Shown here in pieces: positions 18,608 to 28,871 of a stretch of 32,000 nucleotides of DNA. The stretch lies in assembly GCA_900234795.1 (NCBI GenBank), contig LT962688.1:210001-242000 (forward strand). Reading direction: 5' to 3'. The notes below the pieces were generated by a model, which worked only from the letters and a program-made list of their open reading frames with translations, was not told the DNA's origin and did no database searches. A program made the position numbers and the translations under genes. This DNA is from Methylorubrum extorquens. Lineage in GTDB: Bacteria; Pseudomonadota; Alphaproteobacteria; Rhizobiales; Beijerinckiaceae. The first letter of the stretch is position 1, and each line of letters starts with the position of its first letter.

Positions 18608-18943
18608 TTAGGCGGCGCTCTTCACCGGCACGCCCTTCTCGGACAGGAACTGCTGCAGCTCACCCGACTGGAACATCTCGCGGGCAATATCGCATCCGCC
18701 GACGAATTCGCCCTTCACGTAGATCTGCGGGATCGTCGGCCAGTTCGAGAAGGCCTTGATGCCCTCGCGCACCGCCATGTCGTCGAGGACGTTCACGCCC
18801 TTGAACGGGACGCCGAGGTAGTTGAGGATCTGGACGACCTGACCCGAGAAGCCGCACATCGGGAATTGCGGCGTGCCCTTCATGAACACGACCACGTCCT
18901 GCGAATCGATCTCGTTCTTGATGGTGGAGTTAACGTCGGTCAT
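18608..18943 (-). CDS. grxD: Monothiol (Grx4-type, CGFS) glutaredoxin
   Basis: 111 aa. Active site PMCGFS, plus [19 protein letters not shown]. Confidence 0.9.
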   Translation of the reverse strand: MTDVNSTIKNEIDSQDVVVFMKGTPQFPMCGFSGQVVQILNYLGVPFKGVNVLDDMAVREGIKAFSNWPTIPQIYVKGEFVGGCDIAREMFQSGELQQFLSEKGVPVKSAA

Positions 18944-19016
18944 CGCACGGTCCTCGTTGTCGCTTCGTCTCGGTCGGGTGTCAGATCAGACCTGACCGTC
19001 TAATTTCAAGGTCGGC

Positions 19017-19253
19017 TCAATCCTGCGGGACACCCGTGGTCAGCGCAAGAGCGTGGAGCACGCCCCCCATCCGTCCCTGGAGCGCGCCGTAGACCATCTG
19101 ATGCTGGGCGACGCGGGTCTTGCCCTTGAAGGCGGCGGAGATAACGGTCGCCGCGTAGTGGTCGCCGTCGCCCGCCAGATCCTTGATCTCGACGTGCGCG
19201 TCGGGCAGCGCCTCGCGGATCATCGACTCGATCTCGCGCGCATCCATCGGCAT
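19017..19253 (-). CDS. BolA-family protein
   Basis: 78 aa with a BolA-like core (DGDHYAATVISAAFKGKTRVAQHQMVY) in the conserved alphaproteobacterial purL-bolA-grxD arrangement. Confidence 0.85.
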   Translation of the reverse strand: MPMDAREIESMIREALPDAHVEIKDLAGDGDHYAATVISAAFKGKTRVAQHQMVYGALQGRMGGVLHALALTTGVPQD

Positions 19254-19280
19254 GGGGGCTCTCCGCTCGCTTTCGTCTCG

Positions 19281-21506
<2,226 letters not shown>

Positions 21507-21696
21507 CCGAAGGCCCTGTCCCAAACCGTTGCCGCAGATCGATCCGATCCCTCAACCGGAACCGGTCGATGGCAAGCCGAACGGGCTTGCTGCGACGAAA
21601 ATGACTTCGCGCATCGCTCTAGAGCGGATCAGGACCGGCTGCAAAGGGCGCGCACAGCCATGGTCGGATTGCGCACAAGCCGTCTACGCCTTTTCC

Positions 21697-22881
21697 CTAC
21701 GTAAATTCGGCGCTGGCCGTCACAGGCCGCTGCGTCCGGCACCGTTCCACCGCCGCGTGGACGGGCTCCGGCCCGGCGACGAAGGCGACGTAGTCGAAGG
21801 CCTTTTGCTCCCGGCTCGACATCAGGAGCTGGAAATGCATGCGAAACAGGTTCCAGCGCCGCCGCGCCACGAGAGCCGGCTCGATCAGATCCTCGATCTC
21901 GACGCGCATCACCGCAAAGCGGCCGGGAGGCGGCGCGGGTAGGCCGGAAGCGCTAACCGGATCGCGCAAGTGAATTGAGAGCCAGTCCCAGTTCGCTCGG
22001 ATGTCGAGCCAGCCGATCGCCGTGTCGCCACCGATCCGGCCGAGGGAGCCCCGCGCCTCCTCGGCCAGCGGGTCGAGGGTGAGCCAGGGAATGACGCTGC
22101 CGATTGTCACGAGCGTCACCGGCGTGCCGCGCCGGCCGAATTCGGGATCGGCCTTCAGGATACGGTCGAGGCACTCGAAGGCGAGGAAGCTCGACGACGA
22201 ATGGCCGATCACCACGATCTCGGAGGCCCGTCCCTCCGCCGCGCGGATGCGCTCCGCCCAGGGCCCCAGGCGCTCGCGCATCGCCGTTTCGCGCCCCGAG
22301 GCGTGATCGTGGGTGAAGGCGGTGTCATCGACGAGATGCGTGACGTAGAGCGGCTTGCCCCGGGTCAGATGAGTCACCAAAGCCAGGATCGCGTAGGCGA
22401 GCAGCGGGACGAGGGCGATGCCGGCGAGCGTCGGCAGCGCGGCGAGCGGTGTCAGCGTCACCGCCGCAACGGCGAGGGCGAGGCTCGCCAGAACGAAGAC
22501 CAGATAGAACTGGTGGACGCTGACGATGACCCGATAGAAGCGCCGCGCCTCGCGCTGGAACTTCCGCAGGTAACCGGAACGCCACAGCCGCCACCACAGA
22601 CCCGGCAAGCTCGCGAGCCGGCGCAGGTTGGAGCGGGGAAACCGGTCGCGGACGATGTCGTCCCAGCGCAGGAGGCTGTAGCGCACCCGCGTCGCCTCCC
22701 CCCCGGCCTCGCTGTTCACGTCCCAATCGAGGCTGATGCCGTCGGCGGATCGGACCGGGTCGCCGACCGCGATCGCCATGCCGCGCCGTTCGGCCGTGAT
22801 GCGGCTCTCGCGGCGGAACAGACCCCAATAGGTCTCGGGTTCGCGGGGATCGAAACCGGGCAGGTAGAACACCTGCCGCAC
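21697..22881 (-). CDS. Hypothetical membrane protein with alpha/beta-hydrolase-like elements split by a TM hairpin
   Basis: This is the distal part of the 715-aa ORF 21697..23844, which is a chimera with recD2 frame B. The first plausible start after the recD2 stop is GTG at 22881 ([12 protein letters not shown]..). Two long hydrophobic segments ([26 protein letters not shown] and [21 protein letters not shown]) are followed by a nucleophile-elbow-like [12 protein letters not shown]. Confidence 0.55.
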   Translation of the reverse strand: MRQVFYLPGFDPREPETYWGLFRRESRITAERRGMAIAVGDPVRSADGISLDWDVNSEAGGEATRVRYSLLRWDDIVRDRFPRSNLRRLASLPGLWWRLWRSGYLRKFQREARRFYRVIVSVHQFYLVFVLASLALAVAAVTLTPLAALPTLAGIALVPLLAYAILALVTHLTRGKPLYVTHLVDDTAFTHDHASGRETAMRERLGPWAERIRAAEGRASEIVVIGHSSSSFLAFECLDRILKADPEFGRRGTPVTLVTIGSVIPWLTLDPLAEEARGSLGRIGGDTAIGWLDIRANWDWLSIHLRDPVSASGLPAPPPGRFAVMRVEIEDLIEPALVARRRWNLFRMHFQLLMSSREQKAFDYVAFVAGPEPVHAAVERCRTQRPVTASAEFT

Positions 22882-23024
22882 CGGATGCGCGTCTTCGGAT
22901 TCAGGAATGGCGGACCGCCGTTTGTCTCGACTGAAGGCGGGGCGTGCGGACGACGCGCCCCTTCGCCCGCTGCCTACACGATGCGGCGGGGCCGGGGCGA
23001 GGGCAAAACGCCGACGGCGCGGCC

Positions 23025-25228
23025 TCAGGCGGCGTCCAGCCACTCTCGCAACTTGGTCCAGCGCCGCCGCGAGGCCCCTTCGCGGACCGCCATCGCAAGG
23101 GCCCGGCGCTGGCCGATCAGCACGACGAGGCGGCGCCCGCGGGTGACGCCGGTATAGAGCAGGTTGCGCGCCAGCATCGTGCGGTGCTGGGTCACCACCG
23201 GGATCACCACGGCCGGATATTCCGAGCCCTGCGCCTTGTGGATCGTCGTGGCGAAGGCCGGCACCAGCGTGTCGAGTTCGTTGAAGGGGGTAGATCACCG
23301 CGCGACCGTCGAAATCGACCACGAGCGCTTCGTCCTCCGCATCGATGGCGCTGATCGTGCCGAGGTCGCCGTTGAACACGTCGCGGTCGTAGTCGTTGCG
23401 GGTCTCCATCACCCGGTCGCCGGGCGCAAAGCGCCAGCCGAAGCGCTCGACCTCCGCCGAGGGCGACGGATTCAACACGCGCTGAAGGGCGTTGTTGAGG
23501 TTGCGGCTGCCGAGCGAGCCGCGGATCATCGGCGTCAACACTTGGATGTCGCGGGTGGGATCGAGGCCGAAGCGGCGGGGGATGCGGCGGGTGACGAGTT
23601 CGATCAGCGTCTCCACGCCCTCGTCCGCGTCCTCGATCTCGACGAGGTAGAAGTCGCTGTCCTCGCCCTTGGCGGGCGCGGCCGGCATCCGCCCGGTGTT
23701 GATGCTGTGAGCGTTGACGACGATCCGGCTCTGCGCCGCCTGACGGAAGATCTCGGTGAGGCGCGCCACCGGCACGGTTCCGGAGGCAATCACGTCGGCG
23801 AGCACCTGTCCGGGTCCGACCGAGGGGAAGCTGGTCGACATCACCGACGAGGATCAGGCCCGCCCGCTCCGGCACCGCCTTGAGCAGCGCATGCATCAGC
23901 GGCACGTCGACCATCGAGGTCTCGTCGATGACGAGGAGATCGCAATCGAGCGGGTTGTCCTCGTTGCGCTGAAAGCCGCCGTTGCGCGGGTCGATCTCCA
24001 GCAGGCGATGGAGGGTGCGTGCTTCCAGCCCGGTCTGCTCGGCCATGCGCTTGGCTGCGCGGCCAGTGGGGGCGGCGAGCAGCACCCGCACGCCCTTGGC
24101 GGTGAGGATGCGCAGGATCGCGTCGAGGGTGCTGGTCTTGCCGACGCCAGGGCCGCCGGTGAGAACGCAGAGCTTCGAGCGGAGCACCAGCCCGACCGCC
24201 TCGGCCTGCGAGGCGGACAGCGTCTTTCCGGTCTTCGCCTCGACCCAGGGCTTGGCCAGCGCGAAGTCGATCGCGGCCCAGGGCGGCGGGCCGGCGGCGC
24301 GTTCGGCCAGCCGCATCGCGATGACGCGCTCGGCGCCGTGCAGGCCCTTGAGGAACAGGCAGGGCTCGCCGCGCAGCGTATCCGCGACGACCTCCCGGCC
24401 CTCGCGCAGGACGAGCGCCGCGGCGAGCCGGACGAGATCGGACGCGACGTCGAGAAGGTCGGCAGCGAGGCGCACCAGCCGCTCGACGGGCAGGCCGCAA
24501 TGGCCCTCATCCATCGCCGTCTGGAGGGCGTAGGAGACACCGGCAGCGAGCCGCTGCGGCGCGTCGCGGGCGAGGCCGAGGCGCAGGGCGATGGCGTCCG
24601 CCGTGCGGAAGCCGATGCCGCGGATGTCGCGGGCGAGCCGATAGGGATCCTCGGCCATCACCTTAAGGGAATCCCCGCCATAGGTGCGGAAGATCCGGGT
24701 CGCCCGCGCGGTACCGACGCCGTGGGCGTGCAGGAAGATCATGATCTCCCGCACGGCCTTCTGCTCGGCCCAGCCCTTGACGATGCGCGCGGCGCGCTTG
24801 CGGCCGATCCCCTCGACCTCGGTGAGGCGGGCGGGCTCGGCCTCGATGATCTCGAATACCGCCTCGCCGAAGCGGGCGACAATGCGCTTGGCCATCATCG
24901 GGCCGATGCCGCGCATCTGCCCGGAGGCGAGGTAGCGCTCGATGCCCTCGATCCCGGTCGGCGGTGTCACCTGAAGCGTGTCGGCGCGGAACTGGAGGCC
25001 GTGCTCACGGTCCGTGACCCATCGCCCGTAGGCCGTCAGCCACTCGCCCGCGGCGATGGCGGGCGCGTGACCCACCACCGGCACGAGGTCGCGCCGGCCG
25101 CGGGCATGGACCTTGAGGACGCAGAAGCCGGTCTCGGCGCTGTGGAACGTCACCCGCTCGACCGAGCCGGCGAGCATGTCGAGGGGCGTACCGCCATCGA
25201 GGTCGCCGGGACGAACTGAGGTGTTCAT
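23025..25228 (-). pseudogene. recD2: RecD2-type SF1B DNA helicase, interrupted by two +1 frameshifts as sequenced
   Basis: The protein is split over three frames. Frame A runs from 25228 to about 23828 (..GGPGVGKTS.., ..[11 protein letters not shown]). Frame B continues exactly where RecD2 should ([32 protein letters not shown].. to ..[11 protein letters not shown]). Frame C is ORF 23025..23264 ([36 protein letters not shown]). Removing one base from the G4 run 23824-23827 and one from the G5 run 23286-23290 restores a single roughly 733-aa ORF. Confidence 0.85.
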
Positions 25229-25249
25229 CGGCTCGATCCGTCATGGTTT

Positions 25250-25342
25250 CGAAAGGACGAGTCCTTTCGCGGGTCCAAGGCAGAGCCCTGGAACACCGCC
25301 AGGGCTCCGCCCCGGCACCCCGCCGAAGGGCTTGTCCTTCGG
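25250..25342. other. Three consecutive perfect stem-loops in the 121-nt spacer between the upstream hypothetical gene and recD2
   Basis: H1: cgaaagga/tcctttcg (25250-25269, 8 bp, loop cgag). H2: gagccctgg/ccagggctc (25283-25307, 9 bp, 7-nt loop). H3: ccgaagg/ccttcgg (25323-25342, 7 bp, 6-nt loop). H1 and H3 share the core GAA(A)GG..GTCCTT(T)C. Confidence 0.6.
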
Positions 25343-25349
25343 AATCCCC

Positions 25350-26036
25350 TTACGCAGCGCGGCTGCCGCGTCCGCCCTTCTTGGCCGGCGGCCAGCCGAG
25401 CGCCCGGAGGCGGGCCTTGGCGTAGTCGCGCACCTCCTCGCGGGTGCCGTGCGGCATGGCGTTGAGGATGCCCTGCGTCCGCTCGTCGAGCATCAGGTCG
25501 GTCACCGCGTTGATCGATTCCGCCTCGTCGATCAGGCGCTTGAGGTCGGCCTCCTGCTCCGTCACCTCGTCGAATGCCGGCGGCGCGTCGAAATCCTCGT
25601 CCACCGCGCGGATCGCCATCGGCTGGTTCTGGCGGAACTCGTCCGCCTCCTCCTCGGAATAGACGAGGCCGTGCAGCTCGATCAGCTTGAGGATCACCCG
25701 GTCCTTCGCCCGCTTCTCGGCCATTGCGTATACATAGGCCGCCTGCCGGCCGGAGACGCGATAGTTCACGTTGACCAGCGCCTCGCCGATCGACCACTCG
25801 ACCCGCTCCTCGCCGGCCTTCTCGCCGGGCATGTGACCGGTGACGAGGATCACCGCCTCGTCGCGCTCGCTGCGCAGCAGGGTCGGCGGATCGAAGCGGA
25901 TCTTCGTGTGAGCGGCGATCCGCTCCAGGGTCTTGTGGTAGATCACGGCGGTGCCCTGCACGCGCCAGACGTTGCCCGCGAAGGGCTCGCCAAAGCGCAC
26001 GAGGATGTCGGCAATCTGCTTGTCGGCTGTTCTCAT
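25350..26036 (-). CDS. Conserved-looking hypothetical protein (228 aa). The N-terminal domain may resemble RecT/Red-beta-type annealing proteins. It also has an acidic linker and a basic tail.
   Basis: The ORF frame extends to 26213, but the ATG at 26036 (MRTADKQIADIL..) follows GGGGA by 6 nt. The block AYVYAMAEKRAKDRVILKLIELHGLVYSEEEADEF resembles, from memory only, the helix plus G-x-Y-x-x-x-E-A region of Red-beta/RecT proteins. Confidence 0.65.
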   Translation of the reverse strand: MRTADKQIADILVRFGEPFAGNVWRVQGTAVIYHKTLERIAAHTKIRFDPPTLLRSERDEAVILVTGHMPGEKAGEERVEWSIGEALVNVNYRVSGRQAAYVYAMAEKRAKDRVILKLIELHGLVYSEEEADEFRQNQPMAIRAVDEDFDAPPAFDEVTEQEADLKRLIDEAESINAVTDLMLDERTQGILNAMPHGTREEVRDYAKARLRALGWPPAKKGGRGSRAA

Positions 26037-26101
26037 GGTGCGTCCCCAGACTGTGGACAGGGCCCGTGAGTGGGAGTACGCCGCTCTCTGCGACGGCGGA
26101 T

Positions 26102-26116
26102 GTTCGCGATATGTTC
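26102..26116. promoter_or_regulatory. Candidate alphaproteobacterial LexA (SOS) box, GTTC-N7-GTTC
   Basis: The sequence is GTTCgcgatatGTTC, an exact match to the direct-repeat SOS-box consensus described for alphaproteobacteria. It lies 66-80 nt upstream of the ATG at 26036. I saw no other intergenic GTTC-N7-GTTC in the window. Confidence 0.4.
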
Positions 26117-26120
26117 TCTT

Positions 26121-26140
26121 TGTGGATAATATGTGGATAA
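26121..26140 (-). promoter_or_regulatory. Two perfect tandem DnaA boxes (TTATCCACA read on the minus strand) spaced 11 bp centre to centre
   Basis: The plus strand reads TGTGGATAA-ta-TGTGGATAA (26121-26129 and 26132-26140). A weaker 7/9 box, tgtggacag, lies at 26052-26060. Confidence 0.6.
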
Positions 26141-26351
26141 CTTTTCCCGATGCAAACCGTGGGGCCTGCGGCGGGAGGTCGCGACACCGCGATGCTATTC
26201 GATCAGACGGCATTCAATGAAGGTGTAGCGCCGCTGCGCCAAGCCCAATCAAATTTTGGGACGCTTCGTCAATCCGCGGTCGTTTCATCAATTTACGGAT
26301 CGATACGAATATGACTTTATCGTTTGATCGAGTCTAAAAACTGGATCTAAA

Positions 26352-26690
26352 ATTATTAAGTCTATCTTCGCTATTGCTTTAGCCGGACTGTTTGCTCTTC
26401 CTTCTGCGGCAATGGCGAGCGACTATGCCTTCAAATTGCACAACCGTGCGGAAGGCTATTCGATTACCGGGTTCTATACGTATCAGAACGGACGCTGGAG
26501 CCGGAATTGGATCGGCGGATCGATCAATCCCGGCCAGTCAGCGTCGTTGGACTGGAACAGCAACGATGGCGACTGCGTCGTGCCGTTCCGCGTGAAGTGG
26601 CGTGACTACGGCTCGGACGATTTCAAGCTCGATTGGTGCAAGGGCGTGTCCAACGTCTACATGAAGGACAAGGGCTTCACCTACGATTGA
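26352..26690 (+). CDS. Small secreted protein of unknown family, in a low-GC islet. The start codon is uncertain.
   Basis: The tracked ORF is 26412..26690 (92 aa). In-frame upstream codons (after TGA at 26325-26327) encode a textbook Sec signal peptide, KIIKSIFAIALAGLFALPSAAMA|SDY. No ATG, GTG or TTG precedes it, and ATT at 26352 or 26355 are the only near-cognate candidates. The mature part of about 90 aa has 2 Cys and is rich in aromatic and Asn/Asp residues. Confidence 0.55.
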   Translation: MIKSIFAIALAGLFALPSAAMASDYAFKLHNRAEGYSITGFYTYQNGRWSRNWIGGSINPGQSASLDWNSNDGDCVVPFRVKWRDYGSDDFKLDWCKGVSNVYMKDKGFTYD

Positions 26691-26703
26691 TCCTTGTTCG
26701 CAA

Positions 26704-26731
26704 GGGGGCAACGCGCCATTGCGCTGCCCCC
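26704..26731. terminator. GC-rich hairpin between convergent genes, a candidate bidirectional terminator
   Basis: The stem gggggca/tgccccc (7 bp) is extended by cgc/gcg after one mismatch, with loop ccat. It lies between the small-protein stop (26690) and the recQ stop (26734). Confidence 0.5.
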
Positions 26732-26733
26732 GG

Positions 26734-28581
26734 TCAGCCGGCGCGCTTCGCGTCGGCCAGGAATTCACGGATCGTGTCGGTGAAGCGCTCGCCATAGGCC
26801 TCGCGCTTGCGCTCGCCGACGCCATGGACGGTTCGGAGCGCCCAGAGATCGACGGGTTTCGCGCGCGCCATCTCGATCAGGGTGCGGTCGGGGAACACCA
26901 TGAAGGCGGCGATGCCTTCCGCCCGCGCGATGGTGGCGCGAAGGCCCCGCAGGTGCTGGAACAGCGCTTCGTCCGCCTCGCTCAGCGCATTCGCCTCGTC
27001 GTCGCGCGGCGTGGCACGGCGGCTCCTCGGCTCGGCCTTCTTCGGCTCCGGATCGGGCCTGACCTCGATCGTTTCGCGGCCGAACAGGATGGCCTCGCCC
27101 TTCTCGGTCATCACGAGGCCGCCATAGCCGTCGGTGTTCTCCGCCACCGCTCCGGCTGCGAAGAGCTGGCGCAGCAGGGCGCGCCACGCCGCCACCGGCT
27201 TATCATTGCCGACGCCGAAGGTTTTGAGCGCGGCATGGCCGTTACGGCGGATGGATTCGCTCTCCTTGCCATGCACCACGTCGCAGACATAAGCCGCGCC
27301 GAAGCGCTGCCCGGTGCGGACGATGGCGGAGAGCAGCTTCTGGGCCGCCACCGTCCCGTCGATGAGGGAGATGCCGCCGCGGCAGAGATCGCAGCGCCCG
27401 CAGCGCTCGCTCGCCTCGCCGAAATAGCCGAGCAGCGACTGGCGGCGGCAGGCAGCGCCCTCGCACAGGGCGATCATCGCCTCAAGCTTGCGCCGCTCAA
27501 CCCGGCGGCGCTCCTCCGAGATTTCCTTCTCGTCGATCTGCCGGCGGCGCAGCGCCATGTCATCGAGGCCGTAGAGGGTCAGGGTGTCGGAGGGCAGCCC
27601 GTCGCGGCCGGCGCGGCCGATCTCCTGATAGTAGCCCTCGATGTTGGTCGGCATATCGGAGTGGCAGACGTAGCGCACATCCGGCTTGTTGATGCCCATG
27701 CCGAAGGCGATCGTGGCGGTCATCACCACGCCGTCCTCCTGCAAGAAGGTGTCCTGGTTCCTCGCCCGCGTGCCCTGATCGAGCCCGGCATGGTAGGGCA
27801 GGGCGTTGAAGCCGTCCCCCTTGAGCGTGTCGGCGAGCTGCTCCACCCGCTTGCGCGAGGAGCAGTAGATGATGCCGCTCTCCGCGCGGCGGTCGCGTAG
27901 GAAGCGCTCCAACTGGCGGGTCGGGTTGTCCTTGGGCTGGAAGGTCAGCCGGATATTGGGCCGGTCGAAGGAGTAGACGAAGGTTTTCGGAGGGCGTCCC
28001 GCCGGGAACAGCCGCTCGGCGATCTCGGCGCGGGTCGCAGCGTCGGCGGTGGCGGTGAGCGCCAGGGTCTGCACGTTGCCGAGCGCCTCGCGGGCGCGGG
28101 CGATCTCGCGGTATTCGGGGCGGAAATCGTGGCCCCATTGCGAGACGCAATGCGCCTCGTCCACCGCGAGCCGCCGCACGCCGGCCCCGCGCAGGGCCTC
28201 CATGCAGCCGTCCATCAGCAGACGTTCCGGCGAGACGAACAGCAGCCGCAGCTCACCGGAGCGGATCTTGCGCCACGTCTCCCGCGACACCGTCTCCGCG
28301 ATCGTCGAGTTGAGGGTCGCGGCCTCGATGCCGAAGGCGTGCATCTGCTGCACCTGATCGTGCATCAGCGCGATCAGCGGCGAGACCACGACGGTGAGCC
28401 CGGCATCGACCAGAGCGGGCAACTGATAGGTCATCGACTTGCCCGAGCCCGTCGGCATCACCGCGAACACGTCCGTGCCGTCGAGCACGGCGCCGATCAC
28501 CTCGTCCTGGCCGGGACGGAAATCGTCGTAGCCGAAGGTTTTTTTCAGCGCGGCGCGGGCCTCGTCGAGGCGTCTAGACAT
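26734..28581 (-). CDS. recQ: ATP-dependent DNA helicase RecQ
   Basis: 615 aa. Motifs: [36 protein letters not shown], the Zn-binding Cys cluster ([19 protein letters not shown]) and a C-terminal HRDC-like domain. Confidence 0.95.
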   Translation of the reverse strand: MSRRLDEARAALKKTFGYDDFRPGQDEVIGAVLDGTDVFAVMPTGSGKSMTYQLPALVDAGLTVVVSPLIALMHDQVQQMHAFGIEAATLNSTIAETVSRETWRKIRSGELRLLFVSPERLLMDGCMEALRGAGVRRLAVDEAHCVSQWGHDFRPEYREIARAREALGNVQTLALTATADAATRAEIAERLFPAGRPPKTFVYSFDRPNIRLTFQPKDNPTRQLERFLRDRRAESGIIYCSSRKRVEQLADTLKGDGFNALPYHAGLDQGTRARNQDTFLQEDGVVMTATIAFGMGINKPDVRYVCHSDMPTNIEGYYQEIGRAGRDGLPSDTLTLYGLDDMALRRRQIDEKEISEERRRVERRKLEAMIALCEGAACRRQSLLGYFGEASERCGRCDLCRGGISLIDGTVAAQKLLSAIVRTGQRFGAAYVCDVVHGKESESIRRNGHAALKTFGVGNDKPVAAWRALLRQLFAAGAVAENTDGYGGLVMTEKGEAILFGRETIEVRPDPEPKKAEPRSRRATPRDDEANALSEADEALFQHLRGLRATIARAEGIAAFMVFPDRTLIEMARAKPVDLWALRTVHGVGERKREAYGERFTDTIREFLADAKRAG

Positions 28582-28691
28582 GGTTTCTCGATGGCTGGCT
28601 TCTGGACGGGACCGCGAGGCGGAGCGTGTCGGTTCAGGTTGATGCCGAGCCTACAACGGCAACGCGACGGCTGCAGCCGAGACCTGAGACC

Positions 28692-28871
28692 ATGCCCCTG
28701 ACCATCGACGACGAGACCGACCGGGTCGCCGAGCAGTTGGCGGCTCGGTTGCGGGTTGGCAAGATCGAAGCCATGCGTGTGGCGCTCGCCAACGACCTGC
28801 GCCTCGGTGAAGCGTCGCTCGCGAACGACGGGCCGCCTTCGCCGGGACCCGACCGGACTGAGGCAACCGGG
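28692..28871 (+). pseudogene. Possible orphan VapB/FitA-like (ribbon-helix-helix type) antitoxin fragment with no in-frame stop before lysE
   Basis: MPLTIDDETDRVAEQLAARLRVGKIEAMRVALANDLR follows the M-x-L-x-I-x-D-x-E-x-D-R-x-A-x-x-L-A pattern of VapB-type antitoxins (from memory). The frame stays open to 29432 only as the antisense shadow of lysE, and no PIN-like ORF follows. Confidence 0.25.

Noticed and set aside
21571-21625. Hairpin gcaagcc-gaacg-ggcttgc and the 12-bp palindrome cgctctagagcg in the purL leader, considered as a possible riboswitch or terminator
   Set aside because: I see no match to the purine or ZTP riboswitch cores that I can recall, and no U-tract. Isolated short palindromes are common in this GC-rich DNA, so the evidence is insufficient to call a feature.
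23286-23827. Programmed ribosomal frameshifting in recD2, and likewise in recF and gspD
   Set aside because: No slippery heptamer plus downstream structure is apparent, and I know of no precedent for these families. All breaks lie in simple G/C homopolymers, which fits indel mutation or sequencing error better.
21697-23844. Single 715-aa protein
   Set aside because: It is a chimera. The N-terminal roughly 185 aa are the middle of RecD2 (frame B). These are followed by out-of-frame read-through of the recD2 3' end and the intergenic spacer, and then by a separate membrane-protein gene.
23756-25219. 487-aa plus-strand ORF. The same applies to 26719..27900, 29880..31577, 9875..10969, 17501..19003, 5567..6295 and 6455..7048.
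   Set aside because: All are antisense to confidently identified genes (recD2, recQ, dnaN/recF, DUF2252, TrxB-like/grxD, mdcA). All have low-complexity Arg/Gly/Ala-rich translations, so they are GC-driven open frames and not genes.
26040-26411. Possible chromosomal replication origin (AT-richer DNA with DnaA boxes near dnaN)
   Set aside because: There are only two strong boxes and one weak one. I could not identify a repeated AT-rich unwinding element or further box clusters. The boxes sit at promoter distance from a gene and next to a LexA-type box. Transcriptional regulation is the more economical reading, but GC-skew analysis of the whole replicon would settle it.
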